Assembly: GCA_036172245.1 (NCBI GenBank) | Contig: JAYWIR010000056.1 | Coordinates: 558,001 to 622,000, forward strand | Length of the DNA: 64,000 bases | Source of the DNA: Raillietiella orientalis | Lineage: Eukaryota | Direction of reading: 5' to 3' | Shown here: one piece after another, positions 24,115 to 37,625 of the stretch | Layout: every line of letters starts with the position of its first letter | How positions within the stretch are numbered: position 1 is the stretch's first letter | The notes under the pieces: model-generated | The model's input: the letters and a program-made list of their open reading frames with translations, nothing else | What the model was told of the DNA's origin: nothing | Database searches by the model: none | Position numbers and translations under genes: made by a program

Positions 24115-26550
24115 TTTCCTCTTTCCATTGGTGCTTTCACAAGGAGCCAAGCCCTCTCTTTCCCGAGTTTGTTTGAGCTTCGGCATAAACCTCCTATCAC
24201 ACTCCTCCCTTTCAGGGATTTCTGATCCCTTGTGCTCTTTCCACATGGGTTTCCTGCTTCTGTATCTTCTCACCACATATCTTAAGAGCCCTTTGTTAGT
24301 TCTGTCTTTGGAGTTTTTCGAGGAGACTGGACGCTCTCCATGCGTTCATGCCATGTTCACGACTCTCGACATGATTGGAAAAAAGGTCCACTGTTCTATA
24401 AAATTATGGCACAACTTTTCGTTTTCATTTGCTTACTGTTCTTGCTTTACTCTTGAAGTTCGTCATCCCAGGGTTTGAATGGACATCCTGTTGGCTTGTG
24501 ACCTAAGCATGTTTGACCACATCCACCTTCAGGTAGCATACTCATGCTGCATCTTCCATCAGCCGTGATATACTTATTCACCTGTTTCGCCCTTCCCTTG
24601 TTTATAGGCATGTACTTCGATCCTTTTTCTTCTCTGATTTTGTCCTACATGGGCTTTTTTGTTCTCTGCTTCCGATCACATGTCTCATCTTGACCTTCGG
24701 GATAAGCTACATCACACGACATTTCTGTCTTTGCCTCCACATGCTTGGATTGATCCGCTCCTCTGACGATCGACCGGTCTACACCCTGGCGCTTTGCTCT
24801 TCGGTGCCTTCAGTGCTGACGCCCCCGTCATTCCTGGCCAATCTCGAAATTCGGGCTCGTCATTCTTCGTATCACCTAATTCTTTACAAAAATAAATTTG
24901 CATTCACACTCAGCAGATGACCTTTAGCCAACGTCAAAAGGTAACATATACAGTCTTTTCAGTATGCATATCCTACTTGATATTAGCATCAGTACGCACG
25001 TGACCCTCGAGACGAAACCAAACACATTTCTCACGAAACTTCCTTGAGAACAATATTTTTGAAGACGCCCTTCTGATGTGTGAAGCGTTAGAAGAAAATC
25101 GTTCCTACCAGGAAGCATTCACTGGACCAATGAAGTCTTTCATCGTTATAAAGCCAGAACCCTCTTATCTCTCATGCAATGATCATGCTGCTTCCATTCA
25201 CGTACAATAGAGGAATGACCATGAAGGTGCTTCTTATAAAGTACACGTAACCTATCCAAGCTCAGTTAACTTACAATCAATCTTCGTTTCTTACATGTAT
25301 TCTAATAAGTTTCAAAGCTTCCAAAACTCTTATCAACTCTGCCTTTACTCCAGAATCAAAGTTTGTCATTTCGCATTGAAATGTCTTAAATGAATATAAC
25401 ACTAGGAAAAAAGCAAGTAATCCAGAAGTTTCCATAATTTTATGCAGTAATGCATCACAAAACGTCAATGACCAAGGTTTTCCTGAAATGCTTAACCCAT
25501 TGCAAGCCTCAACTCGAAATTCCCTTTGCATTTAGTCTAGGTTGGGAACCAGTCAGGTTTCCTGGAATTCATTTAAGAAATATGAACTTATTCATTCTCT
25601 TAGTCTATAATGACATTCTCTTAGACACTTTGGATTGCATATGGAAAATTAGTATGATTAGTATCCACTTTTTGTTGAGATCCACAGCACAGGGGCATTT
25701 AAGGCACTCCCTACATCTTTATGTGAGAAAACTTCCCCCAGTTTTCTGATGTGAAATAAGACTGAAAATAAAGAAATGTGGAAACTGATATCCAAGCTGA
25801 ACATTGTTGGAGAAAGGAGGGCCTCCAAAAAGCAATCTCACATAACACAAGCTGTTTTGATTTTTCTACATTCATAAGCAGGTATATGTCTATGTTATCT
25901 GAGTGAGTGTGGGCAAGAACAACATAAGTTTCTTGCTATTTAGTCAAAACAACTTCATAAAAAAATCAAATATTTCAAGAACATGGAGTGTGTGGAAAAG
26001 TAATTAAAAGAAAAGAAACTCTATTACCTATGATGTTACCCAAAGGTGTTATGAAGAGGTTATTTCTATGTTCACCAAGAAAATTTTCATTAGAAATGTT
26101 TGATCCTATTACCAACTCCATGGTTGTATTCTGTTATTATGCATATTCTTATAAACACATTATCTGTATTGTACATTTGGAAATACAGGTTTCATGTTGA
26201 AAAATTAATTCATTTGATGTGCATCAACTACAAAATGGTTACAGGGCACATCCCACTTATTAACAGTATTACAATGCGTATGAGGAAACAGATGATTTAC
26301 ACACAATGCTTGTAAAATAAATTAGTGGGTTCCTATTAAACTTATGCCATAATTGCAGGTCATGAAAATTAGCCTGGTAAAATTAATTCTCAACTCCCCC
26401 AAAATAATGTTGATAAATATACATTCGCTGCTTTAATCAATTACAAAGCACTCTGTATACAATGGGAACTTTATATTCACAATATAACTAATGTCCAGTG
26501 ATGAACTCACTTGCAAATGCACCCATAAAACTGATACATTATAACCGGCT

Positions 26551-26612
26551 AATTTATCTGCTTCATCATATCTAGATTTGGAATTTACCTAGATAGACTC
26601 ATTCAATAAATT
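26551..26612 (-). promoter_or_regulatory. SECIS element (type I-like) in the MsrB1 3' UTR
   Basis: Minus strand reads AAUUUAUUGA-AUGAG-UCUAUCUAGGU-AAAUUCCAA-AUCUAGAUAUGA-UGAA-GCAG-AUAAAUU. Helix I is AAUUUAU/AUAAAUU; the non-Watson-Crick core is AUGA...GA; helix II is 11 bp with one bulge and one G-U; the apical loop starts with AAA. It begins ~15 nt after the true stop codon. Confidence 0.9.
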
Positions 26613-26627
26613 GTTCATTACAGTTGA

Positions 26628-27151
26628 TTACCCGTTTTGCTGTTTGTCTGAAAGTTACATGTGTTTGATTAAGCAACTTCTTTGGGTGTCAGTGTTAAGC
26701 AACGTCTCAAACTCACCAACAGCTGGGATAAAACGTATACATTCGCTGTAAATTCAGAACCTTGAATGTCCTTCGGTGCCATCATTCTTAAATTCATGAC
26801 CCAGATTCTGCCCACACTTTTTGCAGCTCAGCTACACTTACATAAACATTGATCCTTTTTTTTGTTCATTCTTTGAACACTTATTCCTACTTTGAATGCA
26901 TGAGGTCGATGTGCTTCCTGTTTTTTTGTCACACAATCACCGTCGATAATTTGTGAAAATGCTGGCCAAGCTGAATCATGTTCGTATTTGTCACCACTTC
27001 TAAAAAGTTTTGTTTCACACCTTGAACACACGTATGTACCTAAAAAATTGCAAATTGGCTAGCACAAGCTTTGGAATCAATCAGGAATTTGTGCACCTTT
27101 CTCGAAGTGATCTCTGTAGTACTCTTCTCCTCTAAACAAGCAACTGGCCAT
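26628..27151 (-). CDS. MSRB1: Methionine-R-sulfoxide reductase B1 (selenoprotein R/X), 112 aa with Sec94; exons 27151-27097, 27039-26891, 26831-26717, 26647-26628
   Basis: Translation MASCLFRGEEYYRDHFEKGTYVCSRCETKLFRSGDKYEHDSAWPAFSQII...LSCKKCGQNLGHEFKNDGTEGHSRF[TGA]IYSECIRFIPAV-DKQQNG* follows the MsrB1 pattern: Cys4, two CxxC zinc motifs, WPAF, LGHEF, RFUI. The TGA at 26756-26754 sits at the catalytic Sec position. Introns are GT-AG. The last-exon acceptor (tttcag at 26648) is the best candidate but unproven. Confidence 0.95.
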
Positions 27152-30100
27152 TGTGGACTTACTAGTATATATGATACTCAGGCGTTTCTTTTTGTGTAAT
27201 AGAAAAACAAGTTGGGATGTTCCAACTGATGTGCTTTGCTTCTGACTCTTCCAAAACTCCGTATGTGAGAAGCACGATTTCAGGAAACAACGTTGCAACG
27301 TTATCACATGGGAAACATTTGAAGGAGACAAGTACTTTGTCCAAGGAAAACAGGCTGCCATGTACGGCGGCGTAGCTCACTGATTTATGATTTAAAATTA
27401 AGGAAAGAAAAGAAATACGGTGTCCATTAATTAATTTAATGGTGGTTTACACATTTAGTAAACCTTGGAAATTTAAACATCATCATGATTTTTCGTAATC
27501 ATCTTCGAATTGTGTAGTGCTTCTTGGAAAGGGATCGCAATACCAGCGGACGCCTTGTGCCACGTGTTTTTTTGTTTATCAAGGAATACTCATTCATACA
27601 TTTCAAAGGAATTTTCCTTAATTGTATTATATTTGATATCTTTGGTCCGGAGAGAAGTCAAGTATGAAACGAATGCTGTTTCCAAATCACAGGTTCAACT
27701 TGATAAGAACCTTGTCCGAATAATGTATGCATAATCAGTTCTCACGTACGAAATTATGGCAAATGAGCTATTTAAGTGATAAAACTGTGTACTTCTGACA
27801 TTAACTTACGGCAATCTAGAGAAGGATGTGTGCTTTCACGACAATCCTTCAGTTAATTTGACGAAGCAAATTCAAAGAAGCAAAATAGTTTCCTGTTTGT
27901 TTTTCTCTTAAGCATTGCCGCCCACTCCTCGGGCCGGTTTGAAGTTATTCATTTTGTGGACCTTCCGTTTACAATAGCTTAGTTGTAATTTGTTTATGCA
28001 ACAAAAAGTATAATGTGATGGAAAAATTGATAAATTCCAGATAAATAAAGATGACTAGAAGTCTCACAAACGCGGTATTACATGGACTGCACCTAAAGAG
28101 AAATGTAAAGTATCTGATTAGATAGGTACACTGCAAAGGAGTTACAAGTCAAATTCCTCTCATATTAATTTCGTTATACAATCTTGGTTATGTGGGACTT
28201 TGAAAACCAATCCATCAGCTGTTTTTGGAGAGTACATTATTGTGTTTTTTTGTCTTGCATGTGTAAACAAAAAACATATGTTCCCTACTGAAGATAAACA
28301 TTTGTTTTGCTTTTTTGCGTGTGTGTTTTTTGTTCTTCACTGAAAAATATGCAGAAAATTTCGCATGACTTATTTTGCAAATAAAGACAAACAAATGATA
28401 CGTGAAACGAAATATGTATGGAATAGAATATTGTGAATCCTTGTCAAAAGCCAAAGGGCTTATTTGGGACATAAATTAACCATTCCAGAAATACGTATGA
28501 CATTGATCTTAGAACTGTGGCAAGCTCCAATTTCTTGCCATGTTTAAGACTTCAGGTTTTATCAATTCGCCTCAATTCACCAAAGTTATTTCATTTTTTT
28601 TAAACCATGTCCGTGAAATGCAAGTTTTGTTGTGAATCGTAAGCACCGCAAGAAAATGTAAATAAACATTTTCATTAGTAAAATTTTCTTTCTCAGAGTA
28701 TGAAATATGTCAGTGGGCTACGCTAAGGTAATTAATTATAAAGTTCGGCATTTCTGGATTATCTAGGACACGAAATTTTTAAAATATCTTGCAGTTTGTA
28801 AGAAAAAACCAACCTAATGGAAGGAGTATGAAACGGAAAGACTCTCGTTCGCTGAAATAAGTTCTTAGTTACTGTTTGCATGTCTTTAAAAGCTTGACAC
28901 ATGCCGGTGTTAGTATAGAAATGAGAATGAGGCATCCTCTAGAAGAAAGATGTCAGATATTAGGTAGTGAGGGCATGGAAATGATTGAAGGTAGCGAAAG
29001 ACTTTATACAGAATAGTTTATTTGAACAATTTCGTATAAATTATTATCTTATAGTTATCGTATTTGAAATATATCGGTGATGGCGTATGATTGATCCGAC
29101 GTATGAATATGGGCATTTTCACTTTCATATTCAATTAGAACTGCTTGCGTAGTTACTGTAGTTTCCAATAATGATATTACATCGGATATCCTGATGAATT
29201 ACTGTGGTAGCATACGTGATATTTGTGTTTCGCAAAAATAGTCAAAGCTTCCTAGAAAAAGACATTGATGAGAACATTGACTTCAAGTAAAACATTGACA
29301 TTGTAGATAAATGAAACTAAGATTTTCTCCTAAAAAATATCAAATTCCTTCAGATTTCTAGAATGGTTTCGTGTTTCTGAAGACTGAAAATCACATTCTG
29401 AATTTCATGTTAATTTTCACGAGAGCAAAATGAAGTTAAATAACAGGTGAAGTCGGATAACCAATTAGGAAGCAAATAGTAGATTTGCTCTCTATCTTTT
29501 TTTGTAAAGAACAAAAAAAAGGAAAAGAAAAAGAAAAAAACATTAAGCTGTCTTACTATAAATGTTTTTAAACAAAGGCGGGGCTTGCCGAGATGAAGAT
29601 CAAGGTCGAACTCAAGCACGCGATCAAGGAATCCACATCAGGGAGTGGGAATTGCTGAAGAACCAAGTGGCTCCGCTTCTAAAGAAAGTTTAGAATGAAG
29701 CAAGGATTTTCTTACTGGAATCCTGCTGCGGAGGAACCGTGCTGCAGCAGCTAGCGAAAGGGGCCTCGGCTACAAAGCCGTGGAACTCACAAAGGGCGAA
29801 AGGGATGATGAGGCCCGCCTCGCTCGCTGCGTTTCCGATCGAACCAGCTGGAGGCACTTTACTCACCGCCTCCTGATGCTGTACGCGAAAATATGGAGAT
29901 AGAGAGGTTTGTGACTAAGCGAGAGCACCTCATCAGATGCCAGCAGATGAAACTTCTCCTGGAATAACAGGAGAGCCCAAGAGCAATGCAGTGCAGACAT
30001 AATTAACGGACAGCAAATCGGTTTGGATGTGCAAACTCTTGAAATTTTACATTGCTGGATTATGTCAACATGATTCAAGCGATACAAACATTCAAACTGG

Positions 30101-33100
30101 ATCCTGCGTAGAAATGGGTTTGAAATATCTGTAGAGGATCGGACAAACCATGAATTTTACTTACAAAATATAACCAGCCGTCTAAAGGATGCAAAAACTA
30201 ACTGACTCACAAGTCCTTGAATGAAATTCCAGGAACTTGCCGAAGTGTCAGTGTTCTACAATTCGGAAATAATTGCAGCTCCCTAAAGCCAAAACGTCAG
30301 TTTCATGCATGGATTGAAATATGATGACTGATTTACTATATACCAATAAAAATGGGAAAAATTACTGGGGATGACCTTAAAATAAGTGATCATGGAGATT
30401 AAATCCCCAAATTGGGAGAAGCAGTTCTGAGAATACAATGGGAAGAGAAATCTCTTCCCATTTACATTCCATTGTTTTACAAAAGAGTTACAATGATCTT
30501 TTTACCGGATTCTCTTTGTACACTCAAGCATCCGGTAAAAGTGAATTATTCATGTGATATACTCCGTTAGTAGAGAATAAGCATGTAACAGATGAGTGTT
30601 TTTTGATTGTTGATGATGCTCTCTGGTTTGATTTGTTATTACTCCTTGTGCTTTTCGCCATGAGCATTACTTGCATTTGGTAACCCGTATTCGTTTCTGT
30701 GCCACGGGATGCGCTGTCGAGTTCCATGAGGGGGGTCTGGAGAAAACAACGAATGTGCTACTAAGTCCAAGTGATGGTTGCTTGCTCTACTTGCTGACCA
30801 TTTCCCTGTTTTTAGACCTTCTTTTCTGATCCCAAAAAAATCAGAATAAACACATGCAAAAGTGCATCCATCATTTATTCCAGGTATACGAGTGTTCTCA
30901 AAACATCGTCAGTCATCAAAAGTTCTGTTCTATTGATTTTGAAAATTATTTAATAGTGCTTTATGTGTAAAGCGCCTATTCCAGTGGTTAAGAAATTCAT
31001 ATTTGTTTTGTGATACGGCATTATGAAAATAACAGTCTGAATTTTTATTTTTGTAGTCTTCAAATAAATCTGAAGTACGTGAACCAAGTATTTTTTTGAA
31101 GTGTTTTAATTTTTGCACGTTTGAATTTAGCACGCTTTAAAAGTGTTCTGAATCAGACCATTAAGTGGTCCTGCAAACTAGGTATTTCTAGAGAAAACTC
31201 CGATAGAGGATTCATATGATAAGGGCAAAGAATTCCGTGGCTCTCAGGTGTTATTGATATTTGATAGGAGGAATGCTTTGCATTAGAGGCAATTGTTTTA
31301 AATGGCACTTTAAACACTGATAAGAAAAGGTTGTTGCCTTGATGGAACCCATTTTTAAGGACTGTTGCTATGCAGAATTTGTTTACTAATGTGTTTTCAT
31401 GCCTTTCTTTTCCCGTTCTAGTCTTATGTATCCTGTGAAACCAGTTATTTTGTATGAATCATGCCACGTCAACTGTGTTGTATCTGAGTGAATTCAGCAT
31501 TTCAGACACAAAAGTGTACCCCTCACGTGGATGCATTTTTTTTTTTCATTTGTATTTTTTCCAAAGTTTCAAAGTTGCACTGAACTTTTCACTGTTTTCT
31601 AGTAGAATCACAAGCATTTTGAATTTGCTACCAAAAAAGATGGAAGCCTTAATAAAAACATTTGTTGCACTATGCCTTTATCAGGTGTAAGATTGTTTAC
31701 TACTGTAACTTTGCCTTCAGAAGTTTTATTTGTTGCTCACAAACCTAATGAGATTAATAATTAATTATAATAAAAGCAGGAAGGCTTTTTCTTAACCTCG
31801 GAAACCGCAGTGCAAGTTCTTTCCAAAGATGAACCATTGCACTTTGTGTATTCGTATCCAAATAAGTGGAACTTCTATTGCATGATTTTATCTCGGATTT
31901 TTTAAATTGCAGTAAATTTATAAATGGCTGTTGCATTTATAGATGAAAGTACTTTAATCTACAAATGCAACAGCCATTTTATGCAGTCAACAGTTCCCAT
32001 TTCAAGCACTTAATCAGCTGCCTGTTAATATTTTAAGTACATACTGTATTACAGTTGAAATGCTGTAGCTTTTATGGTTCTATCCATGAAACGTATATTG
32101 AAAAGTTTTAATTGTATTTCAAGTTAGCAAAACTTGTTTCACACCCTGATCAAAGAAGTTCTGGATTAGCTTTCATACACTGTGATAGTTTGATATCTGT
32201 TAGTCGGAAATCGCAAACCCAAATGTAAGTACTTAGGTAGGAAAATTCCAATCATAATTTATTTTGTAGCCTTCCATCCATAAAAAGTAAAATATGCAAA
32301 AAGTGCCATTCATTTCTGCATTCTGGATTTTCAGCAAAGTATAGATTGCGTTAAAGGAGAGAGAAACATTTAGTAATTACATGCTTGAACTGCCGCACAG
32401 TAAAGAGATTTCCACTTAAAAAAAGGCTATTGCAAAACCTCACCTAGGTTTCTGAAAGAGTTGCAAGACGAAAAAATTTTAGAGGACTTCTGAACCATGT
32501 GCATGAAAATATGCAACAAAATGCAGTGACCAAGTTAATCTACCACGACTACCTTGCAATGCTTCTGAACACGTTTAAATAGTTTTGTTCCTTGTATTAT
32601 GCATGTTTTTCATCTGAATAAATACATTATACAGTACGCAATTTGTCTCAAACCTGCAAATTTTATTCCCGATCTCAAGAATCCAGTTCTTTACTTGGGA
32701 TATTCTCTCGCTTAGTGTTTACATGCCAAAAAAACATGCAATTGAAGCCAAAGCTGCCTGCTTGAAGTTGACTTATCGAATGCTATCCGATAAGTCTTCA
32801 AGGTCTTCACCAGAATACATTCCTATCTTCATTCGATGAAGTTGCACCGTTTTATGTGTTTCAAGGCTACAGACTCGAAGTGTATTTTGATGTTTGGGCC
32901 CAATTGCCAACATTGAAACCGCATTTGTGTGTGTGTGTGTTTTTTCTTGCAAATTAAGAACAAAAAATGAATTCGATTTCTAAAGGGTCTCATTCTTTTC
33001 TAACGTAGGAATCATGTCTTTTAAAAACAAAGGAATTAGAATATTCTTTTTCAGCGCATATTGTAATAGTAGTCTGGAACTTATTGATTCTGAAACGTCC

Positions 33101-35399
33101 TTCTTGATTTCAAGCTTATTCTTCAAACATTCAGTTTTCTCTCTTGTGTTTCTCCTCGCCATCAGCCTTAGAGGTGTTTTTGAGAAAACTGTTCCAGTTT
33201 TCGTTATTTACAGCCTGGTCTCCATATTTCCGTATAATGACCTGGCTTCTCTTTATTTTTGCAGTTGTTTTAAGGGTATAGGTGGATTCTTAGTAAATTT
33301 CTCCATCCATAGCATGCTTTTTACTTCAACTGCTTCCAATTCACGTTGAAGTTCTTCTCTAACCTAAGAAAATCATATAAAGATGGTTTGGAGATTTAAC
33401 TGTTATCGAAATCATTTTTCCAGTTATTCTAGTTCCAGAATTGCGAAATTATAGGTGGCATCAAAAATTTCGGGTTGATTTGCGGGACTTTGTGATTCTT
33501 GTGGTTGACCTATCTTCGTAAATGGTCGCTTTTGTGTTTTCTTCCTCCGGATTCGCTGGGAACCATTCTGATGTTTAGTTCTGCAGCAACTCGAAATTCG
33601 ACTATAGCGTTATAACCACTATTTTGTGAAAAATTTGAAATATTTGTTCATCATGTGGAAGTATCATTCATTTCTCGGAAGATTTCGTCCCTCTCGCAGA
33701 TTTTCATAGTTTTGGTTTACAGTCCGACGTTAGATAAAAAAGTGTACAAAAGTGTAAACGCAGTTATATACGTACAAAGCACGTTGTTATTTCTCCAACA
33801 ATGAGTGTAAAAGAAGGAGAAATCACTAACAGACATTAAACTCGTGGAATTCTTAACAAAAACTAATGAAATAAAAACGTATCGTACGGGCAAACTTTTA
33901 ATTGGCAAGCTTGAGAGAATTCATTGCTTGTGGAAGCAAAGGAAATCTCATTCAGTAATTGATTCTCTCATTGCATGAAACTAAGATGCAGAATTAACAG
34001 ATAGCATTAGAAGGATTTCAGTTCGTTGTTCATTTTCTAATTTACTAATTGCAACAGTTGAATACTATTTTTAAAAAAAGTCAGTGGATCTTACGAAGAT
34101 GTGCTCAAGAAACCATAAGCGCACACAACGAATGTAGTCCAACGCAAAATCCCCTCCAAAAGACAGTTTAGCAAAAAGCAAACTATCATCATTTTCAGTA
34201 ATGGATCCATTTTGACTACTGCTGGCAGAATGAATGAATCGAGTGTAACTCGTATTTCCCTCTAGAACTCGAGATGAGATTGGATTTCATGGGTTTGAAT
34301 GAACCATGCTGTTAAAAGAGAAGCGTATTATAAAAAAACGTGTGCATGTGTGTATTTTGAGCAAATGCAAAAGCATTCGACAGACTTTTCAGGAAGTGTA
34401 ATTATTTTCTAAGGTGCACATTTCTGCTTCCCGTCACATCTCGATGGGGATGTAGAGTGCAGTTTTTGTTATGTTGCATTGTAATTCGGTTAAATTGTAA
34501 CGTCTGTCTAATTCAACATATGCAAATTTTTGGGAAAAAAATCCGAGATCACTTAATAACGATAAATGTAGCGAATGTTTCATCTTGGAGATAACAGTGT
34601 TTCATGAACTGCATGAACAGAGAAAAAAATCCCCAGTTAATGTTGAAGACTCCACTTAGTACAGAAGCAATAATATGTACAGCCGAAGTGAACTCTGGAC
34701 CATGACTGATCAACCCTATTAAGTCGAATCTTGGAGGTTGCTCCACCAGCCTCCAATGGATTTGGGGCCCTCTGGTACATGAAGTAACTGGTCCTGAATA
34801 TCATCCAGTAATGGGCTGAAATGGTACCCAAAATCACAGGGAAAACAACCAAATGCAGCAGGTCATACTTCAGCCTCATGGAAAGAACCAATCTGTTGAG
34901 CAGCACCCAAGTTCTTGTTCAGTGTGGCCTTCCACCACATGCTCAACAAGGTGGCCAAGCAACTAGACAACATTGAAAGACTGCTATTGGGGAAGGAAGG
35001 GAAGATGCATGAAACTCAAATTTTCGTGCTGTCCAGGAGTGGAAGGTGACACTGGGATGAGAGACCATGCATATGTCACCAAGCTTCTGGACCTCTGAGA
35101 AAACGAAGAAATGCACCACCTACTGGGACAAATGTTCAGATGTGTTCCATCAAACCTACTCAAAGTTCATCAGTGAGACAGATGGCTTATTGGGAAAATA
35201 GGGTAGCAGGACAGGGTGGACCCACAGGATTGAGGAAACAATACCTTGACAATAAAACTGGATTGAAAGTGGTACCAAGGTGTAAAGAGTAAAAAAAAAT
35301 GTGAGAGGTGGAAATATGGCAATATCACTCTTTATGCTTATCCCATGAGCAACAGAGAAATGGCTTCCAAGAAGACCATCGCAGACTGTGAGCAGTTCT

Positions 35400-36100
35400 C
35401 ACTAAGTGGCAATGCTTAGCACAGATAAACTTTAATCCGAACTGCCTCACTCTAGTTCTAGGGAGCAAGGCTATTCTGGTAAAAACCAAAAAAAAAAACT
35501 CAGATGCAGGGCTGAGTAACCTACAGTTCCAGAGAGCTGTACAAACCTGAAGCCCAGAATGGGGCAAGTTTGCTTCAAATCCTGAGAAGAGAGTGTGAAC
35601 CACACTGTAAATGCTGAAGAAGTCTTGGAAGTAAGCTGTGAATGGGATGCCAGTCTTCAATCCCTTTATGATAGGGGCCACCCTTTGAAGAAATCCAATG
35701 TCTTTGGAGATTCAAGATGGCCTTCTAATGTTTTAGCATGGAGGCACCTTGTACAGCACGAAGAGACACTGGCTGGATGATGCAGATGAAGAGCTGTGTC
35801 CAGCCTGGGAAACTTCGAAAAATCCGTTCCACATCATTAGCTGTTGAACCCTTGCCATAATAAAAAGCAGTAAGGCAAGCAACTGGCCTCCAGGGATGTA
35901 CAAAGTTGGAATTCCTAATACGAATTTTGGAAGGGGAGGGGAATGTTCTGAGTTATAACTGCATGGTGAGAGCTACCCTTGTCCTTCACCCAGAGCATTC
36001 TCATTAAGAGGAACAAACTTCAGGGGCTGTGCACAAACAGAAATCTGCAGCATCCTGATGGATCTGTTGAAGAGGAAGAGATGTCCACAGCTGTGATAGG
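35400..36100 (+). mobile_element. Old decayed copy of lineage A non-LTR 3' coding region
   Basis: Stop-ridden frame NPFMIGATL*RNPMSLEIQDGLLMF*HGGTLYSTKRHWLDDADEELCPAWETSKNPFHIISC aligns with the lineage A peptide. The element probably extends to ~34.6 kb. Confidence 0.6.
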
Positions 36101-37625
36101 CTGCCTTCCTTGACATATCACTAGAAGATTCAGGAAGCCAATCACCCATTCTACAACCATCCTTAGGACAATCTGCAAACCAGTGCCAGTGATGCAGACT
36201 TGCATGTTTGCAATTTGCTTATTTCGTTCAATACTGTTCGTACGACTGGGGAGGGCAAAAATCCCATAAAAGCACCTTGTGTAACAACAGTGGTCCTCAC
36301 AGACAAGCACTTTAAACTGATCACTGGCCTAAAGCTATGAAATTGATCATTTTTTGAACTGAGTCTTTAAAATAAATTCGTATCAACGTAAACTAATAAA
36401 TTCGTGGAGTAAATATGAAATCTAAACATTTACATATACAATAATTACAAGAGTTGAATGCCAATGGAAGGATCATTTCTATAATGAATGGATATTATTT
36501 TTTGTTGTACTTAGGCTGAAGTTCTCATCTAACTTGATCTCACATCTATAACCTTTGGATTAAAACTTGTAGTGAGCTAATTTTTTTCCCAACATATCAA
36601 TTCAGACTCATTTGCACAAAAACCAAAAGGAACTCTACTGTATCCTGCCCCACGGAATAAGGCATCTTTCAAAAACCCCCATGGTTCTTGTGGTTGATAG
36701 GGTCCTTTTGTGAGAAAGTTGGACATGTATTCTTTTAGTTGGGCCAGAACTCTTTCGATCAATCATAATTTTGGCGTCTCCTTTGCCCATTTTATTGCGA
36801 AGACTTAGGAAGAAAAATCTCACCAACACTGATAAACAGATTTGACGTATCCGTTGTGCTCTTCTTGAGGCACTACTTTGTGCTGTAGGCTTGGTTTCCT
36901 CTATGCCTAAACTTTACAAAAAAAAAAAAAAAAGGGCACATTAAGTCTCGCTTATTACGTACTATCCGACAAGCCACACGTCTGCTAAGAATGTTTTGTG
37001 CGGAACTTCAAAGTCAGCGTCCTAACTAAAAGAACGACCAAGACTTTGAAAGTTTTATGCAAGGTGTGAACATTCACTCAAACCTAAAAATAGGATGATT
37101 TCTAATTTTCGTGCCAGACTTGCATTCTGATTTTCTAAATACAACCTCATCCTAAAAATACGTTCCATAATGTGGGCGCACACGATAAAAAATGAAACAC
37201 GTGAAATGTGGTCATCCAAACTGCATGACCTAAGGCCACCGAAAACAAACTGAATTGTAAATACGTTTATGAACGCACTTCGTTCAATGTGTTTTTAGAC
37301 AGGAACGTTGATGCACTGAAATTTCATTCTGCAAAAGAAGATGCTCTTTCAAGGCACAGCAAATCTTTTTCCATCTGCCATTTCGATATTCGAAATACCA
37401 CTTGGAATTCTCTGCATCACAATTCAACTTTGATAAATGACCAAAAAATTGTAATGGCAAACATATGCACTAATTTATTTTCCATTTATCTTTCCTTTAA
37501 TCTTATAACAGACATGGTGCTTTTGAGAATCCAAAACTGCAAAAAAAATTTGGGCCAATCAACAGTTTTGCTGGAAAGCTGATAATTATTCAATTATTTC
37601 TTTAAAATATCACAGTTTCCTGATA

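Noticed and set aside
25277..25435. Signal-peptide-like ORF METSGLLAFFLVLYSFKTFQC... with a GTAAGA donor (minus strand)
   Set aside because: No phase-compatible downstream exon found and no family similarity.
26655..26716. MsrB1 C-terminus continuing unspliced (GEFETLLNTDTQRSCLIKHM*)
   Set aside because: A strong GTGAGT donor and tttcag acceptor give a C-terminus closer to the known MsrB1 length; intron retention cannot be excluded.
36577..36829. MGKGDAK... as an HMG-box protein
   Set aside because: Similarity is limited to five residues and no HMG box follows.
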